Assembly (NCBI GenBank): GCA_001179505.1 | Contig: CDMY01000698.1 | Span: 124,001-188,000, forward strand | Source of the DNA: Vitrella brassicaformis CCMP3155 | Taxonomy: Eukaryota; Protista; Chromerida | Length of the DNA: 64,000 bases | Reading direction: 5' to 3' | In this document: in pieces, positions 1 to 12,104 of the stretch | Layout: the number at the start of each line of letters is the position of its first letter | Numbering within the stretch: the stretch's first letter is position 1 | Position numbers and translations under genes: made by a program | Notes under the pieces: generated by a model | What the model was told of the DNA's origin: nothing | The model's database searches: none | What the model saw: only the letters and a program-made list of their open reading frames with translations

Positions 1-47
1 TGTGATCCGATCGCAATGATCGCTTTTTCCCCTACTGTGTGTCCCAG

Positions 48-1479
48 TCTGTCTACTGGTGGTCCTTCGCTGAGTCGCTTCTTCGCCAATGCGCCTGTCG
101 GGCCAGTACCACCGGCTGCTGCTGCCGCTGCTGGTGGTCGTGGCGCTGGTGGGCTGTCGGCAGATCCATTCTATGACAGTGGCGGTGACGACATGTACTG
201 CGTGCCGCCGCCGCCGGCCTTTCCACCGCCGCCCCCACCACAGCCACCGATCGACCCAAAGTAACACGGGCATGTGATGTCTGTCAGCAACGATTTCATT
301 GATTTCTTGTCGCCTGCTTTGGCGTGCAGTGGTTTCCATCCGATTGGTTCCCCTATCCCTGTCAGCTACAATGGCGGCCCACAGCCGTCCGGCGCTCCTT
401 CCGCACATCCATTTGGTTTCCCCAATCTTGTCCCGTATAGCCCAACCCCAGCTGCTGCCGCTGCCGCTACAGCTAGTGATGGTGGTGGTGGGCTGTCGGC
501 TAACCCCTTCTATGGCTATGACAGTGGTGATGATGAAGACATGTATGTGCCGCCCCCGCCGCCCATTTTCGAGTATGAGGAGGCAGGATACCAGCCGCCC
601 TCAACGAGCAGCGCAGCCGACCCCTTCGCTGCGGCTGAGACGGCCTGGGCTATTCAGGGCGGCAATGGCGGCCCGTCCAGGGGGTACACAGAGGCAGGCA
701 GAGACGAGAGGGAACGATAGCACGTATCACTCTGTTCCCTGGCTGCTACGTGCTTGTGTGTAGGTTTGGTGCGGTGATGGGCGCCGCGGCGGCCTCCAAC
801 AGCGAGCATCTGGTGGACCAGCTATGCCGCCAACTGGAGCAGACTCAGCAGGAGGCCAAACAAAAGGACCAGGAGGCCAAGCGGAGGGCTCGAGAGGTGC
901 AGGAGGCTAAGGAGAAGGAGGAGGCGCTAGTACGGCAGCTGCAAGAGGCGCAATGGACGTAAGTGCGATTTTCGCATATCGCATATCTCATTCACTTCGT
1001 TCAATGGTGTCCTGCTTGACAGGATTGCCAAAATGGCCGCAAAGCAGTCATCGCACCACCACCAGCCCTCCTCGTCCAGCAGCAGCTCATCGGCACCACC
1101 CCCACCCACACACCAGCCACAGCAGCCACAGCAGCCACAGCCCCAGGGTGGCGAGTGCAGTCTGTGCATGGACGCGCCCGCGTCGGTCGTCTACATGCCC
1201 TGCCGACACCTCCGGGTGTGCCCCAAGTGCTACGATGCCAACAAGGCCAGAGTGCACCGCAATCTCAGCCGCGTGAGGGCCGAGAACGACCGACGCAAGA
1301 AGGAGAATGAGGAGCGCAAGAGGCAGAACGAGGGCCGCGAGGAGGACAAACAGCTGCCGATGGTGAAGCTGCTGGAGGAGCCCCACTATGTGTGTGAGCA
1401 CTGCAATGGCAGGGTGGAGTTCGGTGGCTCGGTGGAGGAAGCCATGCAGTGGGTGGCCAACAACCTTCTCACTGCCTGA
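48..1479 (+). CDS. 3' part (last 4 exons) of helical-repeat/Pro-rich/RING-HC E3 ligase, paralog A; 5' end lies before the window
   Basis: In-phase GT-AG exons about 48-260, 330-683, 764-958 and 1023-1479, homologous to 7938-9714. Ends in CSLC..PCRH..CPKC...CEHC. Confidence 0.8.
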
Positions 1480-2217
1480 CACACAGACAGACACGCAGAC
1501 AGACAGTCGTGGCTTGGGGAGAGAGGGATGGTGTGTGTTCGCTTGTGGGTTGGGGAGGTCAGTCTGTGTGCCCTTAGCGCCGGAGGGAGGGAGGGAGGGA
1601 GGGAGAGTTGGGGGTGGGTGTCTCTCAAGTACTAGCGTTATGTAGCGCGAGCAACGTGTGAGCCAAAGATCCCATCGCTCACCACGTCTGTGTGTGTATA
1701 CCTATCTGTATTTGTGTTGAAACCATCTAGAAGAGGGCCGGGCGGGTGCTTCAGCCCCAGGTTTAAGTCATTGCACGGACGATGGTGGAGTGAGTCGGGA
1801 GAAAGGAGGGCTGGCGAGCGTCGGTGAGCGGTGGAGGGCAACAGGCAGGCGCAGATATCCGTTGCCGGCCATGTTTGTCTGTCGCGGGTGCTTAGGTACG
1901 TGTGTGCCATTTATATGTGTGGGTCCGTTTTTGTCTGACTCCTCATCCCTCTCATCCCATGGCGCCAGTGTCTTAGGTGTGTTTGTCCCGTCCCGGCCGG
2001 TGTCTCTATCTGTATGTGTGTGTCCGCTGCCTTGTTTGCATTCACGTGATGTGTGTGCATCATCATGGATGGAGCGGAATGGACGGCTGGCCATATGGGC
2101 GGAAAAGGTCTGAGTCTTTATTCGCGTTTCGACTGAGACGTGCGCGTGCGTATAATGTGTGGCTTCCCTGCATTCATGCAATGCATCCACACACTGCTCG
2201 CTGTTCGTGTGCATGTG

Positions 2218-2267
2218 CATGCATGCCGGCATATTCATGCATGCACATGAACATGCCGGCATGCATG
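2218..2267. promoter_or_regulatory. 22-bp near-perfect palindrome built of GCATGC/TGCATGCA motifs upstream of ATG 2415
   Basis: 2218-2239 pairs with 2246-2267 with one mismatch and a 6-nt loop. TGCATGCA at 2238-2245. A regulatory role is inferred. Confidence 0.45.
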
Positions 2268-2414
2268 ACGCGATTGTGCGCAATGAATTCGATCCCTCTC
2301 CCGGCATTGCGCGCTGAGCCTCTCCGCAGTGCGAGCTACGCTTCATCCACGGGAGCACGAGAAGAGCTTTCCAGCCGCCCTTTGCCCTTCCACGTGTGTA
2401 GCTCTGCCACATCA

Positions 2415-5400
2415 ATGAGGAAGGGATCTCGCGAACCGCAGCTGAGCGAGAGCGACATCGACCCCATTGCGGCAGATCTACTCTCAGCGGACCCCAGCAC
2501 CCTCACAGCAAGAGCGCGGAAACTGTGTGGGCGACTCACCAGACAGCAAGGGCAACATCTGGCTGCCCGCCTTCTCGAGGACAAAGATGGGCTGCGTCGC
2601 ATGCTGGCACGTCTGCTGGACGGCAGCAATCAAGAGACCCAGCTGGCTGCGGCCGACCTGCTGCTCTACCTTATTAGGTGGATCAAACCCGCTCTTGCAG
2701 CCCTGCAGCGGTCTCAGCTGGCCGACGTGGCTGCTGTCTTTGTGGACGTGGTGACCTGGAAGGAGGCCGCAGAGGGCGGCAGCCGCTGCTATGGGCCCGA
2801 CGAGAGCCTGGCCGTCAAAGAAGTCCTCAAAGCTGATGCTGCAGTGGATGTCGTGACCTATGTGCGGCTGCTGTTTCTTGCCTCTGTGCTTGAGGCTCTG
2901 CATGCCGCCGCACCCGAGGAGGGCGCTCGTCTGCGGGACTTAGTGCTCGCCGGCCACCAGACCACCATCAAGCAGTGTCTGAAGGTCATCCGCACCGATA
3001 CACATGGGTCTCTTTCGAGTATGGCGTCTTTCGCCTTGAGTACACTGCTGCTGCCGTTCACCCCGCCGCCATCTCGCCCCGAAGTGGACCTCACGCCCGT
3101 TCCCCTCCAGCTGTCCCTGCCACTGTTCAGCCTGCTGGTCGACCACCTGCTGAAGCTGGTGGAAGGAGCGATCATGGACCCACAGGGATGGCGGCGGACG
3201 CTGGAGCTGCCTGGTCTTGTTGCCGGTGCAGCCTCACAGAGGCAGAGCACATGTAAGATGCAAACACACAAGAGCTGATGAGCGAGTGACCGGTGTGTGT
3301 GTGTGTGTGTCCGTCCGTCAGCTCTGCGCGAGAAGGACGTCGAGCGGCTCGCTGAACTGCACCTCTGTGCCCACGTGGAGCTCACGCTCATGGGCATCAT
3401 CAGCTCGGGAGAAGGGGGGGCGTTGGCTGTGGCGGCGGCCACACTGGGTGCCATCATGGTGGGCGTCCTCAAACTCAGCGAGCAGTTCGACTCTCTCCCC
3501 CCTTTCCCCATGTCGTCATGCCGGACGCTGCTTGACAATCCCTCGCTGATCATGACGGCCATCAAAGCGGCCAGTGCCCCTCGTGACCGAGAGGGCGAGT
3601 TGACGCCAGCCGTCTGCTCCTTAATACTCGGCTGTTTGAAGATACCGGCACAATTCGCTATTGGTGAGACAGAGACAGAGAGAGAGAGAGAGAGAGAGGC
3701 GCAGGAGGGGACACAAAGTGACATGTAAGCTAGGGCTGGCTGTATGCTGCTCCTCTGCACAGATTCGGGAGACATTGATTCAGGTCATCGAGTGGTAGAA
3801 GCTCTCTGCCAGCTATTGACCGAAACCGTGGCTGCATGTGCCCGCCAGCGATTACTCGTCTTCTGTATTGTCAAGCTCCTTGAGGAGATGATTGAGTGAG
3901 CGGGAGCACCTTGGAATACTGGGTGTAGTGGCTGCCATACGCTGCATGTATGTGAATCTGTCATATGGGCTGTCCTGCAGAGGGGGTCATCAGTTGGTCA
4001 CTAAGGGCATGGCGACAAGCAACCCGTTCGTCGACCAGATCGTTCAGGTGAGCACCGAACAAAGGAGATGGGTCATGCGGCCATAGGTCAACCGCAATGT
4101 GTCCGTGTCTGTCTGATTGTGTTGCTTATTGCCAGTGCGAGGCGATACAGCAGTTGAGAGACCGCCTTGACCTGTCAGCGGAGGTGAGGGACAAAGCCAG
4201 CGAAACCACACGACCAAACAAGGTGGGTCGATGATACCATCCTCCCGTTGGTGTAGGTGTCGTCGTTCATCGATTCGCTCCCCAAGACGGCCAGCGCAGG
4301 AACCAGCTCAGCTGGGGCGGACCGATCGCACGGCTCACCCACCCACATGACAACCACTCACACTCATCATGGGTCAGGGCCTCCCTCGCCGCCTCATCCA
4401 TCGACATCATCTGGCGGCCTCGATGGGCTGGAGGACGGCCTCTTCTCGGACGACATCGGCACAGTCACTGCGGCAGTCAGAGGCATCGCTGACCATGTGA
4501 CGACTGCAGTTGCTGATCAATTTGGCAAACGGCTGGTCAGGAGATTCGCCAAGGAGAGGACGGCTTTCCGCCGCTTCCTGATGCGTCTGGTGGATAGCAG
4601 CGGAGTGGAGTGCCAGGTGGCGGTCGCTGACCTGCTGGTCAGCCTCCTCTCGCCGGACTTCCTGTCTGAGATGGCCTTGTCTGATCATCTGTCCGCCATC
4701 CAGGACATCTTCGAGATTATCACATGGAAGCAGCTTGAGGAAGGAGGGGCGGACGCCAACCTGGGCAGTGACCTCAAGAGCGCCATCGCGTATGCTTTCG
4801 TCCAGACATCGTCAGCCGACGAGCCTCCCCCCTCCGCTACGTCTGTGGTGACATTTGCTCGACTGTGTCTCATCAAGTCTGCTCTTGAGGCGGCCACCGA
4901 CCTCGAGGCGGCAGGAGGGCCGCAGCTTCGCGCGAGCTTCCTTCAGAGCCACCAAACGACGCTCCGGCAGGTGATGGATGTCATTTGTGAGCGCAGACAC
5001 GCACGTGTCGTTGACGGGGCAGTCATGATGCTGCAGAAGCTGTTCGAGCCCAGCCCCTTCGGCCCATCATTTCAACTCGTTCTCGAGTTCTTCTCCATAT
5101 GCGTCGAGATCCTCAAGCAGCTGACGAATGAGCGACCAGTGGGGACGTGCCGCTTCTTACTGCCGCTGATGTGTGCCGCAGAGTATCTACGGGACTCCCA
5201 ACGAGAAGGTCAGAAAAGTGCACATGGACATGCTCTTTGAACGAGGCTGCTGTCCTTTGTCATGTCAGGCATTGTGGAGGAGTGGCCGGCCATCAAGGCG
5301 GCTCTCAACACACACGTCTACGCTCACATGGACACATTGGTCGCCCTCATCAAAGCGTCCGATCCTTCCTCTCGCCTGTGCTTCACGGCGATCTCCACCG

Positions 5401-8400
5401 TGGGAGCTCTCCTTCTGGCCGCCATCGCCGTCTGCATTCGAAAAAAGAAAGGTATGAAACGAACCGGATGGCGCGGGAGCGCCCGTCATGCACCTGGACT
5501 AGGTGTGTGTCTACAGGTGTGGGTGCTATTGGGGAAGCCAAATTGATCTTCGTCCAGGACGCGATCGAACAACACGGTGTGGGCAAGATCATGGCCGCTG
5601 CCCCTTTGCCGATGCAGTCGCTTCGTCGTTTTTTGCTGGATGCCGCCATCGGCGACAAGGTCCTGAACGCATTGGACATGGACCACACGTACGAGGGTAT
5701 GCCGATCTCCCTCGGACTGGTCACTGCGACCGCTCTGCTGATCCTGGCGATGGCCATGATAGGTCTGTCATTCAGTCGGTGCACGTCCCACACTCCGACA
5801 ACCATGTGTGTGTGTGTGTGTGTGTGTGCAGATGGTGGGGAGGCCGGCCTTCTGGTCGAGTCGGGCTTTATGTCTACCCTCATATCGCTCCTGGACAGCG
5901 CCGAGAGGATCGGGTCGATGGTGGTCCTCTCCATGGACTGTCTGAAGACGCTCATTCAGAGAGATCGGAAGGTCAGCAAAGGAAGGTCAGCAGAGGAACA
6001 TCACTGGCACCCCATCTCATTTGGGCGAGAGTGCTGCGGTGGTGCGTTTGTGTAGGTGTTGGGGACTGACGGACTGGCAGAGGCGATATGTGACATGCTG
6101 CGCAAAGACGCACAGGGACATCTCAGCGGACACGAGTGGGCGGGTATGACTGAAAGTCACCGCGGCACTGCTGTCAGCATCCTCAAGAGCATCGTCAGGT
6201 CAGCCATGAGCTGCAGCCAAGGAAGCCCGACGCATCATTGAGTGTGTCTGTTTGTTGCGGTGTGCTGGATGTCAGCTATGGCAAGTCGCAGGTTCGCAAA
6301 GGCGCGCCGAATCCCATCGTCGGGCAGATACTGCAGGTGGCGACACACGAGGCTCGTGTGTGCTGTGACCACCTGACTGTGTGCCTGTCTGTCTGTGTGC
6401 CTGTCTGTCTGTCTACCACCACCATTGCAGCTCGAGTCGGTCAAGGCGATGCGGAACCCCACCAGCGGCATCGAGGTCTCACGACAAGTGAGCAACACTC
6501 CTGCACAGCACGATACTCTCCTCTCCACCTCTCTGTGCCCCATCAGGTGTATGGATTCTTCAACTCCCTCGCCCAACAGCACGAGAAGGACACCAAGGCC
6601 AAGCCCAAGACCGCCATGACGGCCGCCCAGTTGGCGGCCCAGGAGGCCAAGGCGAAGCGGATGCAGGAGGCCCTCCTCGCGGAGGAGCGACGCGAGAAGG
6701 AGGCCAAAGAGAAAAAGGGCAAGGGCAAAAAGAACAAGGGCGGCAAGGGACAGCAGCAGCAGCAGCAGCAGGAGGCTGCAGGTGGGGATGCGGCGAGCCC
6801 CTCCGATGTGGTGATTGAGCCGTCAGTGCCCTCCACTGCCGCATCCACCAGGTAGGGAAGCCATCCACAGACCATGGCTGGCGGGAGTGTTTACCTCATC
6901 TGTGTGTGTGTGTGCAGTCGGGCTTCTGCTGCGGAGGAGGTCGAGGCGAGTCAGCCGGAGCCCTCTTCGTCCATCGCCGACACGTGAGCAATCCACCCAC
7001 TTGACGAGATGCCCTGACACATTCGCTTCCTCTGTGTGCGTGTCGATCTCTTTCTTTGCAGGTCTGGTGCGTCTGGTGTGCCATCCGTGTCAGCCGCTGC
7101 GGGCAGCGATCGGCCTGGTGATGACGGCGATGCAGTAAAGTCGGCGGCTGGTGGGAGCGACGGCGACAGTGATAATGAAGACGGCGACGCTATGCTGCTC
7201 AAGTCGGCGTTCGGACAACATGCACGGCAACAGCTGAGCGAGGGCCACAAGAAGAGGACCAAAGGCAAACACGCCACCAGGCCCACTCCGACGCCCACGC
7301 CTCAGCCGAGCCAGCCGCCCCGCCCCTCACTCCCACCAGCAATCAAGACCAATCAGATGGGCCGCCCTTCGCCTGCCGCCAATGAGGATCGTTATCGCGG
7401 CGGCAATGGACCAATCCGGATGCCCGCCCACCTTCCCCTCTCAAGCGCCCAGTTCCCCAAGGGCCGCTTCAAGATGTCACCTGGCAATGAGGGGCTGGCC
7501 CCTCCTCTGCCGAAGCGTCCGTCCCGCCCGCTGCTGTCTGACGATGACAGTCCGTCTGGCGGTGCGTCGCCTCCCTTTCGGCCCGTGGAGGGTCGTGGGG
7601 CGGGGAGGGGCCTCATGACCATGTTTGCCCACCAGCCGTCCCCTGTGCCCTCCATCCCGTTCCCCCGACTCCCGTCGGCCGAGGAGCTGCGCAACAGGCC
7701 ATCGCTGCAGCGGCACACCAGACAAGACGACCAACAGCAGCCGACACGTGACGAGGGGCCGAGGTGAGATGGCCGCACACAGTGAGCGCTGGGATCCGAT
7801 CGCAATGATGGCTTTTCTCTGCAACAGGCCACCACTGCAGCAGCACGACACACGGGATGAGTGGCAGGGGTGAGATCGGATCACAGGCAGGAACAACTGT
7901 ACACATTTGTCATTCCGCCTGCTGTGTGTCATGCAGTCTGTCTACTGCTGGTCCTTCGCTGAGTCGCTTCCACCATGCGCCTGTCGGGCCCGCCCCACCG
8001 GCTGGTGGTGGTGGTGGGTTGAGGGCTGATCCATTCTACGACAACAGTGGCGGTGACGACATGTATGTGCCGCGCCCGCCGGCCTTTCCACCGATCGACC
8101 CAAGGTAACACGGCATGATGTCTGTCTATCTGTCTGTCAGCAACGCTTCTACGGACCTCTCGTTGCCTGCTATGATGTGCAGTGGTTTCCATCGGATGGG
8201 TCCCCCTCTCCCTGTCAGCTACAATGGCGGCCCACAGGCGTCCGGCGCACCTTCCGCACATCCATTCGGTTTCCCCCAGCCCTTTCCGTCCAGCCCAACG
8301 CCAGCTGCTGCGGCGGCTGCGGCTGCTAGTGGCTCTGGTGGTCGTGGGCTGTCGGCTGATCTGTTCTACGACAGTGAGGGTGACGACATGTACTGTGTGC

Positions 8401-9714
8401 CGCCCCCGCCGGCGTTTCCACCGCCGCCCCCACCACACCCACCGATCGACCCAAGGTAACACGGGCATGATGTCTGTCTATAAGCAACGCTTTCATTGAT
8501 TTGTCGTTGCCTGCTGTGCTGTGCAGTGATTTCCATCCGATTGGTTCCCCTCTCCCTGTCAGCTACAATGGCGGCCCACAGGCGTCCGGCTTCTCGCCTC
8601 ACCCACTCGGTATCCATCAGCCCTTCCCGTCTAGCCCAACGCCAGCTGCTGCGGCTCCGGCTGCGCCTGCGGCTGGTGGTGGTGGTGGGCTGTCGGCTAA
8701 CCCCTTCTATGACGACAATGGTGCTGATGACATGTATGTGCCGCCCCCGCCGCCCATATTTGAGTATGAGGAGGAGGCGTACCAGCCGCCCTCATCGAGC
8801 AGTGCAGCCGCCCCCTTCGCTGCGGCCCAGGCGGACGGGACGGTGCGGAGAGGCAATGGCGGGCAATCCACAGGGTACACAGGGGCAGGCAGAGAGGAGA
8901 CTAGAGTTGGTATAACGGTCTTTCTTGACGCTGCGTGTTTTGTTTGCAGGTTTGGTGCGACGATGATGGGTGGTGGTGCGTCTGGGAGTGAGCAGCTCGT
9001 CGATCAGCTCTGCCGTCAACTCGAGCAGAAGGACCAGGAGGCCAAGCGGAGGGCCCGTGAGGCCAGGCGAAGGACTCGGGAATTGCAGGAGGCCAAACAG
9101 AAGGAACAAGAGGCCAGGCGGAGCGAGGAGGCACTGATACGGCGGCTGCAAGAGGCTGAATGGCAGTAAGTGGACCAGCCAAGCTATCACACTGAACAGC
9201 GCACTCATTTATCTCTCCCCCACTCAGGCTCTCCAAAATGGCCGCGCAGCAATCATCGCACCACCAGCACCCCCAGCCACCTTCGTCCAGCAGTTCGTCG
9301 GCTCCCCCTCGCCCATCGTCATCATCCACTCACTCTCATCCACCCACACACGCCAACACAACGGACCAGCAGCCGCATGACGGTGATGGGGACGACAGTC
9401 CGGCCTGTGTCATCTGTTTCGGCGAGCACGGCCCGGCGTCCGTCATGTACATCCCCTGCCGTCACATGCACATCTGCACCAAGTGCTATGCCGACCGCCG
9501 GAGGGCCTGGCGGCAGAACCTCCCCCGACTGAGGGCCGAGAATGCGCGGCGTGTGGAGGTCAACAAGGAGCTCATCAAGGAGGACAAGGAGCCCATGGCC
9601 ATGCTGCCCGAGGGCTATCTGTGCGAGCAGTGCCAGACAGAGGTGGCCTTCGCGGGGTCGGTAAGCGAGGTCGCCCAATGGTCCACCAGGCCATTCGTGA
9701 CCGGCGCATCCTGA
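2415..9714 (+). CDS. Giant (~1,900 aa, ~20 exons) helical-solenoid + charged coiled coil + Pro-rich + C-terminal RING-HC protein, putative E3 ligase, paralog B
   Basis: All exons join in phase from MRKGSREPQ (2415) through 3322, 4257, 5252, 6547, 7062, 7938, 8950 and 9228 to TGA 9714. C3HC4: CVIC-x-PCRH-x3-CTKC...CEQC. Confidence 0.8.
7938..8780 (+). repeat. Three tandem exon-intron cassettes encoding (N/D)PFYD..GDDMY.PPPPP
   Basis: The first two units end in atcgacccaag|gtaacacgg (about 8105 and 8456). The units are near-identical. Paralogs A and C have two units. Confidence 0.85.
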
Positions 9715-10509
9715 CTGACATCTGAGTGAGTCAGGAGGGAGGAGGGAATGGTGTGCGTCAGTGGAGAGCAAGAAAGGTATACACGTGTGGCGCCTGATTT
9801 AAGCAACACATGTGGGGGTGAGTGCTCTTTATTGTCAAGTCTGTGTGTCTCGTGTCCGTTTTTGTTGGCCCTTGATTCATCCATCCATCCACTGCATAGC
9901 CATTGCGTGCGTCAGTCAGTGCTGCATACATTTGTATTAGACATTCCTCTCTATGTGGCTATGTTGTATGTTGTCTGTATGTGTATCCACACACTGCTCG
10001 CTGCATGTCCGTCCGTGTGCTGTGCATGCATGTTTGTACAGAGGAACGCTATCATTCGTGAGGACCGTATCATTCAACCGCGTCCCTGTGCCCCTCTCTT
10101 GGTCGCTTGCTTTGCTGACTGGCTGCAGGGGGGAGGGCCTTTCATTGCATTCAATGCATCTGTGTTGGTGTCCGTGTCCATACAGACTCACAGACTTGCC
10201 TACCTGCCTATGTGTGTATACGTGTCTGAATGTGTGTATGAGCTCGTCAGACTGGTTCATGAATTGAGCGATATTTACGGTTGATGGCATCCATCTTGCG
10301 TCTGTGTGCATCCAGCCAGCCGGCCCACTCATCCACAGATAGAACTTCCGCTGAGATACAGGGGCCGGCCTACAGTGTCACAGTGTCACAATGGTAGCGA
10401 GAACGAGATCAGGGCACACGGGCTTCCCGAGAGGCCCGAAAAAGGAACGCCCCCGTAATCGAAGCTCGCGGTGTTCTCCCTTCTCCCCCAAGAACAAGAG
10501 CACTAAACA

Positions 10510-10716
10510 ATGAGCTGCTGCGGCTGCGTTTGGGTATTCCCCCGTGACGATGTGTATGTGGACAGCACGACGAGAAGCAACCGTCCCTACCACAAGTGGT
10601 GCCCCTTTCTGAGACCAAAGCACCGCGGCATCCTCAAGGCCTGCCTCCTCTCACTCGTCATCATCCTCGCCTGCGGGGTGTTCCTCGTCCTCATGGCATG
10701 CGGCGTCATAGCCTGA
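10510..10716 (+). CDS. 68-aa Cys-rich single-TM small ORF immediately upstream of the MARCH-like gene
   Basis: MSCCGCVW...ILKACLLSLVIILACGVFLVLMACGVIA*. The same ORF (4 aa differences) lies at 56332-56538. Translation is unproven. Confidence 0.45.
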   Translation: MSCCGCVWVFPRDDVYVDSTTRSNRPYHKWCPFLRPKHRGILKACLLSLVIILACGVFLVLMACGVIA

Positions 10717-10719
10717 TCG

Positions 10720-12104
10720 ATGGGCCTGCTCGCGGAGTGCCTCTCGCCGTGGCTCGTGTGGCCGCCGGAGCCCGATGCCAGCTGCCGCATCTGCCTCGAC
10801 ACCAACGAAGACATCGACAACGGCCCGCTCATATCGCCATGTGACTGCCGAGGGACGGGTAACAGGGATGGAGGGAGGGAGGAAGACACGCAGAGGGAAC
10901 TGCATGCACTGAACGCCCCTTGTGTCTCTCAGGCAAGTGGGTCCACGCCAGTTGTCTGTGGGAAGCATCAAGGAGGAGTGGTGAGCATTCGATGGAGGAG
11001 AGGGCGGCAGTATGCACTCGTGTTGCTGGTGCTGTGTGTGTCTGTGTTTAGGATGGCGGATGGTCAACTGCTACATTTGTAAGGCCCCATACCGGTTCGA
11101 CGACGGCATAAGCAACGCCCAGCTATTGGGGTGTCTGCCAGCAGTGTGCGTCCTCATCGTCGCATTTGGCGTCCTGGATGGATTCTGCCGGCGACCGGAG
11201 CAACCTTTCTTCTCTGTGAGCATGAGACAAACCCTGTCTCTATTGCGCCATGCCAGCCTTCTTCCCAGCGCCAACAACCGCGGAGGGAGGTGCTCCTATT
11301 GCACTGGACAAGACAAAGTCCCTCGACATCCCTCAGGACGTCCTTTTGGCGAGGAGGGCTCAGCCACCCCCCGCTGAGGCGGGGTTCCAAGAAGAGCAAG
11401 ATGACTCGGAACAGAGAGAGGAATTCGCCGGGTTCCTCTTCTTTGTTGCCGTGGGGATCCTTGGCATGATGGCGTTGCGCTTCGTCCTCCACCTGCTGCT
11501 GAGCGTCTTCCATCCCCTCTATCACTCGAGTTGCCGCTCGCCGCATCCGACCGCATGTGTGACGGCGGCATACATACTGCTGCCTGGGCTTGTGTCGATG
11601 GCCCCCCGCTTCGCCGCGGCGGGAGTGCCCGATGCACTGAGCCGACGATGGCTTCAGATCAGCAGCTCGTGCGAAGGGAAATGTGGTCCTTGCGACATCG
11701 CTGTGATGATCCTGCTCATTTCTATCGCGTGGTTCTTGAGACTCGCAATGGACAGCACTGCTCTCCGCCTCACATGGAATCAGCTGCAAAAAGCACTGCG
11801 GCGCGTATGGAGAAGGAACACCACAAGGACCGTGTCTCTCTGGGCTGCGCTGCTCGAAAATCTGCTGAATATACTCCTGGGGGTGGCGGATGGGGCTTCG
11901 TTCCTGTGGTCTTTGCTTGAACGGTCTTTCGCCGCCTTCGTCTTAGTTTGCTTCCCGGTCCGCGCCGGTATGAGAGCAGTCTTGTGCTTTGGGTGCGTGG
12001 GGCCGGTGCGGGGGGGTGTCCTGGTGGCGGGGGTGCTGTGTCTCTTCTGCTTAATCCTCTTTGCTGAGAGGCGCATTCGCGTCTCTCTGCGCCGTGGCCG
12101 CTAG
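10720..12104 (+). CDS. RING-CH (RINGv/MARCH-like) multi-TM E3 ligase; frameshifted near 11250 unless 11216-11336 is spliced out
   Basis: Spliced CRICLD..PCDCRGTGKWVHASCL..CYICK followed by several hydrophobic helices. Confidence 0.7.

Noticed and set aside
7938-8780. CRISPR-like repeat-spacer array
   Set aside because: The repeats are coding exon-intron units in a eukaryotic gene, with no unique spacers or cas genes.
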